Assembly (NCBI GenBank): GCA_021325135.1
Contig: JAJPHT010000016.1
Span: 22,449-86,448 of the forward strand
DNA length: 64,000 nucleotides
Source: Pseudomonadota bacterium
Lineage (GTDB): Archaea > Thermoplasmatota > SW-10-69-26 > JACQPN01 > JAJPHT01
Direction of reading: 5' to 3'
This document shows, in pieces, positions 19,003-28,688 of the stretch; within the stretch, counting starts at the first letter, position 1, and the number at the start of each line of letters is the position of its first letter. The notes beneath the pieces are model-generated. The model worked only from the letters and a program-made list of their open reading frames with translations. It was not told the DNA's origin and ran no database searches. A program made the position numbers and the translations under genes.

Positions 19003-19425
19003 TCAGCAGACGCCGCTGACGACCTGGCAGAGGGCGCGGGGGGTCCCGACGACCACGCTGCCGGTGCCCACGGTCTGGCCCGCCACGCTGACGGTGACCG
19101 CGTTGGGGTCGATCGCGAGGGAGGTGCGGCCGCTGCTGTCGACGTTGGCATACACGCCGGTCACGCCGACGGGCAGGCCGAAGGTCTGGGGCTGCGTCGC
19201 GGGCAGGCCCGTGCCGCAGAGGGGCGTCACGCCGGCGCCGTTGTTGCCGATGGTCAGCAGCGTGCCGTTGAGCTGGATGCCGGTGGGGTTCACGTCGGTG
19301 CCGCCGGTCTGGCCGGTGCCGCCGCTGTAGTAGTAGAAGCCCTGGCCGGCGTTGTTGTAGTAGAAGCAGCAGCCGGCGGACTCGCGGTCGTTGGTCACGG
19401 GGGCGAAGAGGGGCTTGGAGTACAT
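19003..19425 (-). CDS. Hypothetical Gly/Thr/Val-rich protein
   Basis: Strong GC3 bias, predicted beta-rich, 5 Cys. Confidence 0.6.
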   Translation of the reverse strand: MYSKPLFAPVTNDRESAGCCFYYNNAGQGFYYYSGGTGQTGGTDVNPTGIQLNGTLLTIGNNGAGVTPLCGTGLPATQPQTFGLPVGVTGVYANVDSSGRTSLAIDPNAVTVSVAGQTVGTGSVVVGTPRALCQVVSGVC

Positions 19426-19553
19426 GGTCTCAACTCGCCGGGCGCAAGGTCCGGCGCCCCCACGACGCGCCCCCACGTCAAGTCCCTATGCTGCCGATGA
19501 TGGCTGAAACGGGCGGCCGATGCCCTGATGCCCGCGGGCGGGGCTCCCGGGGC

Positions 19554-20150
19554 GTGGACGCAGAGCCCCGCTTCTTCGCCACGCCTGCCGCCTTCCGCCG
19601 CTGGCTGGAGCGGAACCACGATCGCGCGTCGGAGCTCCTCGTGGGGTTCCGGAAGGTGGGATCGGGGAAGCCCAGCGTCACGTGGCCCGAGGCCGTGGAC
19701 GAGGCGCTCTCCTTCGGCTGGATCGACGGCGTCCGCCGGCGCGTGGACGACGAGACGTACTCCATCCGCTTCACGCCGCGCAAGCCGGGGAGCCACTGGA
19801 GCCGCGTCAACGTCGCGCACGCGGCGCGCCTGGAGCGCGAGGGGCGCATGACGCCCGCGGGCCGGCGCGCGTTCGAGGCGCGCAAGGAGGGGCGCACCGC
19901 GCAGGCCTCCTACGAGAACCGCGAGACGGCGAAGCTTCCCGCCGCCGCGACGAGGCGCCTCAAGGCCGACCCCCGCGCGTGGGCGTACTGGACCGCGGAG
20001 GCGCCCAGCTACCGCCGCGCGGCCGCGTGGTGGATCGTGAGCGCGAAGAAGGAGGAGACGCGGGAGCGGCGCCTCGCGACGCTGGTGGCCGACTGCGCGG
20101 CGGGCCGCCGCATCAAGCCCCTGAGCTACGGGAAGCCCCGAAAGGGGTGA
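19554..20150 (+). CDS. YdeI/OmpD-associated family protein
   Basis: Motifs FRRWLERNH, AVDEALSFGWIDG, FTPRK..S.WS and AKKEETRERR. Confidence 0.88.
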   Translation: MDAEPRFFATPAAFRRWLERNHDRASELLVGFRKVGSGKPSVTWPEAVDEALSFGWIDGVRRRVDDETYSIRFTPRKPGSHWSRVNVAHAARLEREGRMTPAGRRAFEARKEGRTAQASYENRETAKLPAAATRRLKADPRAWAYWTAEAPSYRRAAAWWIVSAKKEETRERRLATLVADCAAGRRIKPLSYGKPRKG

Positions 20151-20204
20151 GGCCCCGGGCGCCCTTTGGGAAGGCTCAAGGCGCGCCCTGGCTACCGCGC
20201 CAGG

Positions 20205-21506
20205 ATGAGCGGCCCCACCTTCGGCTCCTCCGGCGTCCGCGGCCCCTTCGCCACCGTGGCGACGCCCGAACTGGCGCTGCGCCTGGGCCGCGCGGTGGGC
20301 GCCACGCGCCGCCGCGTCGTCGTGGGCCGCGACGCGCGCACGACGGGGCCCCTGCTGGAGCGCGCGCTGGTGGCGGGCCTCCTCGCCGGCGGCGCCGACG
20401 TCGCCACCTGCGGCGTGCTCCCCACGCCCGCCCTGGCGCACGCGGCGCGGCGCTTCGACGCGGGCGTCGTCGTCACGGCGAGCCACAACCCCGCGCCCGA
20501 CAACGGCTTCAAGCTCTGGGAGCCCGACGGCAGGGCCTTCGGAAGGGCGGAGCGCGCGGAGGTCGAGCGCCTGCTGGCCGCGCCGCCCGCCAGCGCCGCG
20601 TGGGACCGCGTGGGCGCCGTCTCCGAGGAGCCCGGCGCCGTCGAGGCGCACGCGCGGCGCGTCCTTGATATCACAGGCCCCCTTCCGCGCCGCCTGCGCG
20701 TCGTGCTGGACTGCGGGAACGGCGCCGCGAGCCGCGAGTCGCCGGCCCTCCTGCGCGCGCTGGGGTGCGACGTGATCACCCTCAACGCGCAGCCCGACGG
20801 CCACTTCCCCGGCCGCCCCAGCGAGCCCAGCGAGGAGAACCTCGCCGCGCTGAGGCAGGCCGTCGTGGCGGCGGGCGCCGACCTGGGCCTCGCGCACGAC
20901 GGCGACGCGGACCGCTGCATGGCCGTCACGCACGCGGGCCGCTACGTGCAGGGGGACGAGCTTCTCCTCCTCTTCGCGCAGGACCACGCGGGCAAGACCA
21001 TCGCGTGCCCCGTGGACGCGAGCCGCGCCATCGAGGACGCCTCGGGCTGCCGCGTGGTGCGCACGCGCGTGGGCGACGCCTACGTGAGCGAGCGCCTCGC
21101 CGAGGTGGGCGGCGCCTTCGGCGGCGAGGCCAGCGGCGCGTGGATCTTCCCCGAGATGAGCTGGTGCCCCGACGGGCCCCTCGCGGCCGCCATGGTGTGC
21201 CGCATGGTGGCGACGCGCGGTCCCCTGGAATCCCTCGTGGCCGCGCTGCCCCGCTACCCCCTGTGGCGGCACTCGTGGCGCATGGCGCCCGAGGAGATCG
21301 AGCCCACGATGCGGCGCTTCGCCGCGGCGCTGGCCGACGGCAAGGTCACGACGCTGGACGGCGTCAAGGCCGACTACGACGAGGGGTGGGTCCTCGTGCG
21401 CCCCAGCGGCACCGAGCCCAAGGTGCGCGTGACCGTGGAGGCCACCGACGCTGCCGGGCTCGAGGCGCTCAAGGCGAAGGTCGCGCGAGTCCTGCCTTTC
21501 CGATAG
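20205..21506 (+). CDS. glmM: Phosphoglucosamine mutase / phosphomannomutase
   Basis: Motifs FGSSGVRG, TASHNP, DGDADR, GGEASG and RPSGTEP. Confidence 0.88.
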   Translation: MSGPTFGSSGVRGPFATVATPELALRLGRAVGATRRRVVVGRDARTTGPLLERALVAGLLAGGADVATCGVLPTPALAHAARRFDAGVVVTASHNPAPDNGFKLWEPDGRAFGRAERAEVERLLAAPPASAAWDRVGAVSEEPGAVEAHARRVLDITGPLPRRLRVVLDCGNGAASRESPALLRALGCDVITLNAQPDGHFPGRPSEPSEENLAALRQAVVAAGADLGLAHDGDADRCMAVTHAGRYVQGDELLLLFAQDHAGKTIACPVDASRAIEDASGCRVVRTRVGDAYVSERLAEVGGAFGGEASGAWIFPEMSWCPDGPLAAAMVCRMVATRGPLESLVAALPRYPLWRHSWRMAPEEIEPTMRRFAAALADGKVTTLDGVKADYDEGWVLVRPSGTEPKVRVTVEATDAAGLEALKAKVARVLPFR

Positions 21507-21721
21507 AGCCGCCGCGCGATGCGGATGGCGGCGAGGGCCTGCCGCGCCTCGTCGTCCGCGTGCTGCGGAGGCTCCACCGTCGCGGGCGTCATCAGCATCT
21601 TGGCGGCGAACGCCCCCGAGAGGGCGCCCGGCGCGCCGGCCAGCGCGAGCACGTACCAGGTCGCGCCCCCCGCCGCGAGCCAAGGGGCGAGCTGCACGGC
21701 CACCGACGAGTTGCCGGCGGC

Positions 21722-22687
21722 CTACGCGCGGCGCTGGAGCAGCTGGATCCCCGTGACGAGCCCCCACACCCACGCGCCCACCCACATGAGGACGCTCAGC
21801 GGCGCGCCCAGGAAGAGCGTCGCGAAGAGGACGACGAAGCCGCCCAGGAAGAGGAAGCCTTGCGCCCACCCTTCCTGGCGCCCCGCGACGAGGGAGCCCA
21901 GGCCGGGCCAGATGAGGATGTTGAGGAGGAGCGCCGCGACGGCCACGCCTTCGGAGACGGGCGGCTGCGCGTGCGCCTGCGCGGGCGGAGGCGCCATGGC
22001 GGGCGGCGCGGCGGCGCGCACGGGGCGCCCGCACGCGGGGCAGAACGCCGCGCCCGCGGGGAGCGAGGCGCCGCACGACGTGCAGAACGCGTGCAGGGGT
22101 GGCGCCGCCACCGCCGGCGCGACGGGGGGCGGAGGCGGGGGCGCGCTCCACGCGAGGGCGGGCTGCGGCGGCGTCGGGGCCTCGACGCGGGGCGCGCCCG
22201 TGGCATACGCGTCGAGGAGCTTGCCGTAGTGCATGCCCGTGCGCTCGCGCTGCATGCCGAGGCGATGGAGCACGGCGACGGAGCGCGCGTTGGCGGGGTC
22301 GACCACGGCGACGACGCGCGGGAGGTGAAGCTCTTCGAAGCCCCAGCGGACGAGGCGGCGCGCGGCCTCCGTGGCGTAGCCCTTCCCCCACGCGTCGCGG
22401 CGCAGGCCGTAGTAGACCTCCACGTCGGGCGTCCCTTCCAGGGGCATGAGGCCCGCCCAGCCGACGACCTGGCCCGACGCCTTCTCCACGAGGGCGAAGT
22501 GGCGCCGCTGCGGGTCCGCGCCCGAGAGGCGGCGCTGGAACGCGGCGCGCCCTTGCTCCTCGCTCATGGCCTGGCCTCCGGGGAGGTGACGCATGACCTC
22601 GGGGTCGCTGACCATGGCGAGGTAGGCGGCTTCGTCCGCGGCCTCGTAGGGGCGCAGCAGGAGTCGGTCGGTCTCGAGGGTCGTCAA
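21722..22687 (-). CDS. RimJ/RimL-type GNAT acetyltransferase fused to a Pro linker, zinc ribbon and C-terminal TM helices
   Basis: TTG at 22687 overlaps the rad50 stop (TTGA). LETDRLLLRP, WGKGYATEA, N..S..VL..LG, CTSC...CPAC, hydrophobic tail. Confidence 0.85.
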   Translation of the reverse strand: MTTLETDRLLLRPYEAADEAAYLAMVSDPEVMRHLPGGQAMSEEQGRAAFQRRLSGADPQRRHFALVEKASGQVVGWAGLMPLEGTPDVEVYYGLRRDAWGKGYATEAARRLVRWGFEELHLPRVVAVVDPANARSVAVLHRLGMQRERTGMHYGKLLDAYATGAPRVEAPTPPQPALAWSAPPPPPPVAPAVAAPPLHAFCTSCGASLPAGAAFCPACGRPVRAAAPPAMAPPPAQAHAQPPVSEGVAVAALLLNILIWPGLGSLVAGRQEGWAQGFLFLGGFVVLFATLFLGAPLSVLMWVGAWVWGLVTGIQLLQRRA

Positions 22688-25110
22688 GGCTCCACGCTCA
22701 CGGTGGACGTGCCGTCGTCCAGCGCCTCCACGCGCAGCACGGTCTCGGCGGCGTCCTTGACGTCGGGAATGTGCGTGACGAGAAGGATTTGCCGGAAGTG
22801 GCCGGAGAGCCCCTTGAGCGCCTGGAGGATGTTGGCCTTGCGGATCTCGTCCTGGCTGCCGAAGATCTCGTCGAGGGCGAGGAAGCCGAAGCCGTCGGTG
22901 CCGGCGCGCTCGGCGACGACCTGGGAAACCGCGAGGCGCAGGCAGAGGTTCGCGAGGTCGCCCTCGCCGCCGCTGAAGCGCGCCAATTCGAAGGCCTCGC
23001 CCTCGTCCAGCACGCGCAGGCCATAGTCCTCGCCCACCTCCAGGTCCGCGTAGCGCCCGTCGGTCATCTCGCGGAAGAGGCGGCCCGCGTGGCTCGACAA
23101 CAGCGGGCGCAGGCGGCCGATGAGGTGGTCCTTGAACTCGGGGAGGAGCCCCTGGTCGCGGTCGCCGGCCAGTTGCTCCAGGAGCGTCAGGCGCGTCTCC
23201 AGCGCCTTCGCGCGGGCGGCGAGGTCCTGCTGGTGCGCGATCTCGGCCTCCAGCGCCTTCGCGGCGTCGGCCTGCCGCGCGAGGTCGCCCTGCGCGCGCT
23301 CGCGCTGGATGCGCGCCTCGGTCAAGCGCCCCTCGGCGACGTGCGTCGCGGCCTCGGCGGCCTCGTGCGCGGCGGCGTCGAAGCCCAGCGCGTCGCGGCG
23401 GGCCTGCGCCTGCGCGACGGCCTCGCGCGCCTCGGCCTCGGAGAGGCGAAGCTCCTCCAGGAGCGCGAGGAGGTCCTTCTCGCGGTCGGCCTGCGCGGCG
23501 AGCGTGGCGTGCCGCCGCGCGCCGGCCTCCAGGTCCGCGACGAGCCTGCGCGTCGCGGCCTCCGCGGCGGCGTCGTAGGGCTCCTCGCCCAGGGCCGTCG
23601 CCTGGTCGGCGAGCCGCGCGACGCGCGCCCTGGCGTCGCCCTCCCGCGCGCGGGCGGCCGCGAGGCGCGCCTCGTCGCCCGCGAGGCGCTGGAGCTTCTG
23701 GGAAAGCTCCTCCGCGCGCGCGGCGAGGTCGGAGAGCGCCTTGCGCGCCGCCGCCTCCTCGGCGCCCAGCGCGGCGAGGCGCGCGGAGCCCTCCGCGATG
23801 GCCGCGCGCTCGCGCGCCATCTCGGCGTCGAAGCCGTGGAGAAGCTCGCCGTGGTGCTCGCGCAGGGGGCGCGTGCAGGTGGGGCAGGGCGTCTCGGGGC
23901 CCATGTCGCGGATGCGCTTCGCGCGCGTCTCGACCTCGTGCAGGGCGCGCGCCCGCTCGCGGACGCCCGCGTCCACCGCGCTGCCCGCCTTCACGGCCGC
24001 GTCGAGGCGCGCCTGCAGCACGGGGCGCTGCGCCGCGACGCGCTCGGCCTGCGTGCGCACCGCCGCGAGGGCGGGGAGGCTCTCCTGGAGCGCGGCGGCT
24101 TCGGCGGCGGCGCGCTCGGCCTCCGTCTGCGCCTTGGCCATCTCGGCGCGCGTGCGCGACAGCTCCTCGTGGCGGACGCGCCGCGCGGCCAGCGCCTCCA
24201 GCCGCTCGCGCGCCTCGGGGAGCGACGCGAGGCGGGGCGCGATCAGCGCGGCCTCCGCGGCGGCGGCGCGCGCCTGCGCAAGCTCCGCCTGGCGCCCCTG
24301 GGCCTGCGCGACGACGTGGCCGAGGCGCTGCTCCGCGAGGCGCATCGCGGCGAGGACGAGCTTGTGCTCCTCCGCGCGCTTGCGCCCCTCGTCGCGCCGC
24401 GCGCGCAGGTCCTCCACCTCCTCCACCAGGGCCAGGATGCGCGCCTCGGCGTCGGCGAGCCGCGCGCGCCCCGCCTGCGCCTCGGCGCGGCCGCGCTGGA
24501 GCGCCTCTGCGAGCGCGGCGGGGTCCTTGAGCGCGGCGCGCAGCCCGCCAAGCTCGGCCTTGGCGTCGCGGCGCCGCGTGCGCGCGCCCGCGATGGCGCC
24601 GTCCACCGCGTCCAGGCGCAGCAGGGATATCAAAAGCCGCTTGCGGTCGCTGGCTTTGGCGTCGCTCAAGGCGGAAAGCTCGCGCTGGCGGGCGACCAGC
24701 GTCGTGAAGAACGCGACGCGGTCCATGTGGAAGAGGCGCTCGACGTAGGACGCGGCCTCCGCGTGGCTGCCGGCGCCGGGCGGCACGACGAGCCGGCCGT
24801 CCACCTTCACCGCCGCGACGTGGCTCTCCCCCTTGCCCAGCAGCTCGCGCGTCACCTCGTAGGCGTGCGCGCCCAGGCGGAACTCCAGGTGGACGCGCAC
24901 GTCGTCCGAAGGCGCGGCCCCGCGGCGCTTGATCAGGTCCTTTCCGGTGCGCGCCGCCTCGTGGCCGTAGAGGCACCACCCGATGGCCTCCAGCAGCGTG
25001 GACTTCCCCGCGCCGTTGCGGCCCACGAGGGCGATGACGCCGTCGGGAAGCTCCAGGTCGACGAACCGCAGGCGCCGGAAGTTCTGGATGCGGACGCGGT
25101 CGATCCTCAC
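22684..25110 (-). CDS. rad50: Rad50/SbcC SMC-family ATPase
   Basis: Walker A GRNGAGKST, coiled coil, zinc hook CPTC, signature FSGGE, LDE and VTH. Confidence 0.93.
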   Translation of the reverse strand: MRIDRVRIQNFRRLRFVDLELPDGVIALVGRNGAGKSTLLEAIGWCLYGHEAARTGKDLIKRRGAAPSDDVRVHLEFRLGAHAYEVTRELLGKGESHVAAVKVDGRLVVPPGAGSHAEAASYVERLFHMDRVAFFTTLVARQRELSALSDAKASDRKRLLISLLRLDAVDGAIAGARTRRRDAKAELGGLRAALKDPAALAEALQRGRAEAQAGRARLADAEARILALVEEVEDLRARRDEGRKRAEEHKLVLAAMRLAEQRLGHVVAQAQGRQAELAQARAAAAEAALIAPRLASLPEARERLEALAARRVRHEELSRTRAEMAKAQTEAERAAAEAAALQESLPALAAVRTQAERVAAQRPVLQARLDAAVKAGSAVDAGVRERARALHEVETRAKRIRDMGPETPCPTCTRPLREHHGELLHGFDAEMARERAAIAEGSARLAALGAEEAAARKALSDLAARAEELSQKLQRLAGDEARLAAARAREGDARARVARLADQATALGEEPYDAAAEAATRRLVADLEAGARRHATLAAQADREKDLLALLEELRLSEAEAREAVAQAQARRDALGFDAAAHEAAEAATHVAEGRLTEARIQRERAQGDLARQADAAKALEAEIAHQQDLAARAKALETRLTLLEQLAGDRDQGLLPEFKDHLIGRLRPLLSSHAGRLFREMTDGRYADLEVGEDYGLRVLDEGEAFELARFSGGEGDLANLCLRLAVSQVVAERAGTDGFGFLALDEIFGSQDEIRKANILQALKGLSGHFRQILLVTHIPDVKDAAETVLRVEALDDGTSTVSVEP

Positions 25111-26228
25111 GAGGACCCTCCCGCGGCGGCCTCGGCGAGGAGCGTCTTCGCCTCGGCGAGGAGCGCGTCCCGGTTGTCCCCCTGGAGCGTGCGCCGGGAG
25201 AGGAAGCCCTCGAACTCGTCCTCCAGGCTGCCCAGCGCGGCGCTCGCCACGCCCTGTGCCTCGCGGCGGATGATGTCAGGCTGGAGGTCGAAGTGGAACG
25301 CGGCCTCGGTGAGGCTCTTCACGCGGCGGAAGTCCAGCGTCGCGTGCACGTGGGCCGGGATGCCCGTGACGCGGAGGCGCGCGATGGCGTCGCGCAGGTC
25401 CGCGGAGGCGAGGCGCTCGTAGAGCGCGCCGGGGATCGTCGCCTCGTCCACGCCCTCGCACGAGAGCGTGGGCAGCATGCGCATGGGGCGCGAGGGCAGG
25501 ATGCGCGGCTCCACCGCCCCCTTGCGCAGGTCCACGAGGTTGACGCCCTTCTCCTCGCCGCACTCCTTGAAGGAGCACCGCTCCGTGCTGCCGGCGTACC
25601 ACGCGCGCGGCGCGACCTCCACCGCGCGGTGGTAGTGCCCCAGCGCGACGTAGTCCATCCCCTGGGGGAGCTCGTTCTGCGGGACGACCTGCTCGTGGAA
25701 CTCGCCGGTCCTGAAGTCGCCCACACCCACGACGCCCGCGTGCAGCGTGGCCACGTTCCAGCGCGCGTCCGCCAGGGGCCGCACGTCGCGAAGCTGGGCC
25801 AGCAGCGCGTCGTTGTCCGCCGCGTGCGGCGTCGCGTGGATGGCCAGGTCGCCCACGCGCACCACCTCGGTCCTCCCCTTGTAGACCGCCCGCACGCCCG
25901 GCACGAACTCCAGGAGGCGCAGCACCGCCCCCGTCTCGCGCAGCCGCGGCGCCTCGTGGTTCCCCGAGATGACGACGAAGGGGATGCGCGCCTCGTGGAG
26001 CCTCCGGCACTGGTCCATGACGTGGTGCAGCGCGCGGTTCGTGGGCCTCACGCTATCAAAAAGATCGCCGCTGTGGAGCACGACGTCCACGCGCTCCGCG
26101 ATGGCGAGGTCCACCACCCGGCGGAAGGCGTCGAAGAAGTCCTGCTCCCTGGCGTTGAGGCCCTCCGGAGTGACGCGGCTGTACGCGGCGAACCCGACGT
26201 GGGTGTCGCTGACGTGGAGGAGCCTCAC
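25107..26228 (-). CDS. mre11: Mre11/SbcD nuclease
   Basis: Motifs SDTH, GDLFD, GNHE, LH and ALGHYH. GTGA overlap with rad50. Confidence 0.93.
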   Translation of the reverse strand: MRLLHVSDTHVGFAAYSRVTPEGLNAREQDFFDAFRRVVDLAIAERVDVVLHSGDLFDSVRPTNRALHHVMDQCRRLHEARIPFVVISGNHEAPRLRETGAVLRLLEFVPGVRAVYKGRTEVVRVGDLAIHATPHAADNDALLAQLRDVRPLADARWNVATLHAGVVGVGDFRTGEFHEQVVPQNELPQGMDYVALGHYHRAVEVAPRAWYAGSTERCSFKECGEEKGVNLVDLRKGAVEPRILPSRPMRMLPTLSCEGVDEATIPGALYERLASADLRDAIARLRVTGIPAHVHATLDFRRVKSLTEAAFHFDLQPDIIRREAQGVASAALGSLEDEFEGFLSRRTLQGDNRDALLAEAKTLLAEAAAGGSS

Positions 26229-26246
26229 GGGGGCCCTCCTGCTGCC

Positions 26247-26358
26247 GGGCCGCCTCCGGCGGGGAAATTCCTGGATCTCCGAATCTCGGAATCTCCGCTT
26301 TCGGAAGGGCCTGATTCGGAGATCCGGAGATTCGCGGCTCCCCCGCCGGAGGCGGCCC
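26247..26358. repeat. Dispersed palindromic element, copy 1 (GAATCTCC-octamer arms)
   Basis: 18-bp perfect outer IR (26247-26264/26341-26358) enclosing GGATCTCC-GAATCTCG-GAATCTCC and inverted GGAGATTC units. Confidence 0.85.
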
Positions 26359-26361
26359 GCG

Positions 26362-27921
26362 TCAGTAGAAATCCTCCCCTGGGGCCACCCTCACCGGGGC
26401 CGCCACCTCGGCGACGCGCGCGGACTTGGAGAGCCGCTCGACGTAGTCCTCGTAGAGGTGGACCTGCGCGGGGATGGCGAAGGGCGCGTAGGGGGAGGTG
26501 ATGAGCACCTCGCCGGGCATCAGCGTCTGGATCTCGTTCTCCAGGCTGGCGACGTCCTGCTTGGCGCTGTCCTTGAGCGTCTCGCGGTCCTGCTTGTCGG
26601 CGAGGCCCATGATGAAGAGGGTGTTGAACTGGGAGAGGCACTCGCGGTCGACGAGCTTGGGCTGCTGCGTGATGGCGCAGAGGCCCGTCTTGAACTTGCG
26701 GCCTTCGCGGCAGATGCTCGCGAAGACGTTGGCTCCGGAGGCCTTGCCCAGGACGCGCTGCGCCTCCTCCAGCGTGATGAGCACGGGCGGAAGCTTGTCG
26801 AAGGCGGGCTCGCCGAAGGCGGCCTTGTTGGCGTCGAACACGGCGCGGGCGAGGACGCTGGTGACGAGAAGCTCCTCCTTGTCGGAGAGGCCGCCCGAGT
26901 CGACGAGGACCACCTTGCCCGCGTGAAGCTCGGAGACGATGCCGCAGCTCACGGTGACCTTCTCGTCGCGGTGGACGAGGCCCGTGCGGAAGAGGCGCTC
27001 GATGCGGCGCTTGACCACGCTCACGGTGCCCTCGTGGAAGTGCGGGATGTCCTGGTGGATCTCCGCCGCGGTCTTGTCGTGGACCTGGGCGAGCCAGCCG
27101 TTGCCGTAGCGCCAGCGCGCGGCGTCGAGAAGCTCCCCCTGGGGTCCGGAGAACTCGAAGAGCTGCTTGAGGTCGGCGATCTCGATCTCGTGCGCGCTGA
27201 TCTGGAGCTTCGAGTGCGGGCCCTTCAGCGAGCGCGTGCTGTAGACGCGCAGGTTGCGCTCCGCCAGCGGGTGGTGCCTCAGGCCCATCTGCTTCGCGCG
27301 CCCGCCGCCGTCGTGGTACTCGCCGTGGGGGTCGACGATGAGGAGGCCGTAGCGGCCCGTGGTCATGACCGACGCGGCCAGGACGCGCATGAGGTTCGAC
27401 TTGCCCATGCCCGTCGTGGCGAAGACGCCGACGTGGTACGGGAAGCTGACGTCCCCCTTGATGCCCACGGGGAACTCGACGGTGGTCTCGCCGCTGCGGA
27501 GGTAGCCCACCTCGACGTCGCCCATGTCCTCGGCGAGGAAGGCGTAGTCCTCCTCGGAGGCGCGGCGCACGCGCGCGAAGTGGGCGGGGAGCGTCTTCGC
27601 CTTGCGGAAGCGGCCCCCCTTGACGTAGCCCAGGGGAACGGCGATGCCGACGCGGTAGAGGCGCGTCTTCTGGTCCCAGAAGCCCGCGGGGTCCCAGCGC
27701 CCCTCCTCCTCAAGCGCCATCATGCGGCCCGCCATGCGGGCGGCCAGCTCGGGCTCCCCTTCGAGGCCGAACCGGACGTCGGTCACGCGCATGAGAAGCG
27801 GGACCGAGCCCTCCCCTTCCGCCACCAGGAGGTCGCCCACGCACACCTCGGCGTCGTGGGGGCAGCGGAAGGCCAGCTCCAGGACGGAGTTCCCGACGAT
27901 TCGCCCCTGGACGTCCGACAT
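26362..27921 (-). CDS. herA: HerA bipolar DNA helicase/translocase
   Basis: N-terminal HAS-barrel region, HVGVFATTGMGKS, DPHGEY, EEAQR, REGRKF and TQQP. Confidence 0.92.
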   Translation of the reverse strand: MSDVQGRIVGNSVLELAFRCPHDAEVCVGDLLVAEGEGSVPLLMRVTDVRFGLEGEPELAARMAGRMMALEEEGRWDPAGFWDQKTRLYRVGIAVPLGYVKGGRFRKAKTLPAHFARVRRASEEDYAFLAEDMGDVEVGYLRSGETTVEFPVGIKGDVSFPYHVGVFATTGMGKSNLMRVLAASVMTTGRYGLLIVDPHGEYHDGGGRAKQMGLRHHPLAERNLRVYSTRSLKGPHSKLQISAHEIEIADLKQLFEFSGPQGELLDAARWRYGNGWLAQVHDKTAAEIHQDIPHFHEGTVSVVKRRIERLFRTGLVHRDEKVTVSCGIVSELHAGKVVLVDSGGLSDKEELLVTSVLARAVFDANKAAFGEPAFDKLPPVLITLEEAQRVLGKASGANVFASICREGRKFKTGLCAITQQPKLVDRECLSQFNTLFIMGLADKQDRETLKDSAKQDVASLENEIQTLMPGEVLITSPYAPFAIPAQVHLYEDYVERLSKSARVAEVAAPVRVAPGEDFY

Positions 27922-28136
27922 TCGGCGACCCCTACGGCGCAGCGTAGGGCGATCCCCTTCTTGATGATGGAGGGCTGGCCGAAACAAGGGGCCGATTGCT
28001 GGTGGAGCCGGTGGAGCAGAGTCCTACCGCGCACGCTTCGCCTTGGGGGCGAGGCGGTCCTTCGCGATGATCGCGGGAGGGAACGGCTCGACGTCGGCAA
28101 TGCGCTTGGCCTTGGCACCCACGGAAACCAGGAAGA

Positions 28137-28634
28137 TCACCCCAATAAATAAAGAGCCGTCCCTCCGGCGAGAAGCGTGGAGACGGCCAAGGCCGCCAAC
28201 CCCACCTGGCGCGACCGGCTTGCGTGCATCATGATGCGCGCGTTCCCTTCGAAGTAGAGCGCGTAGCCGCGGAGCACCGAGAGCAGGTGCCGCTCGCGGG
28301 ACCACGACGGGTCGTTGGCCACCTCGGCGAGGCGCGCAAGGTTCGGCCCCGCCTGGACCTGCCCCCGCCGCCGGATGCCCAGGTAGGCGTCGAGGAACGC
28401 CAGGACGGCGAAGAACGCCGCGCCCAGCGCGCAGCCGAAGGCCGCCCGGACGGGCAGGCCCAGGTCGTGCCGCTCGGCGACGTAGGCGAGGATCGCGACC
28501 TCGCCCCCCAGGGTGGAGACGGCCAGCGTGAGCATCTGCTCGGTCTTGTCGTCCAATTCCTCCGCCGCGCGAAGCTGCGTGTCCAGCGTCCGCTCCGCCT
28601 CCCGGAGCATCTCGGCGAGGAGCCGGCGTGGCAC
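28137..28634 (-). CDS. Hypothetical 3-TM membrane protein
   Basis: LDDK..ML followed by two TMs, a loop and a C-terminal TM; loosely similar to the DUF5706/Pycsar-effector layout. Confidence 0.65.
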   Translation of the reverse strand: MPRRLLAEMLREAERTLDTQLRAAEELDDKTEQMLTLAVSTLGGEVAILAYVAERHDLGLPVRAAFGCALGAAFFAVLAFLDAYLGIRRRGQVQAGPNLARLAEVANDPSWSRERHLLSVLRGYALYFEGNARIMMHASRSRQVGLAALAVSTLLAGGTALYLLG

Positions 28635-28688
28635 GCCCCTGACGAACGTCGTCGAAGAGATAACCGTTGTCCCGGGATCGCTCCACGA

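Noticed and set aside
21374-21703. 109-aa minus-strand ORF downstream of the GNAT fusion
   Set aside because: It overlaps the 3' end of glmM by about 130 nt and has no motif. A short real peptide cannot be excluded but is unsupported.
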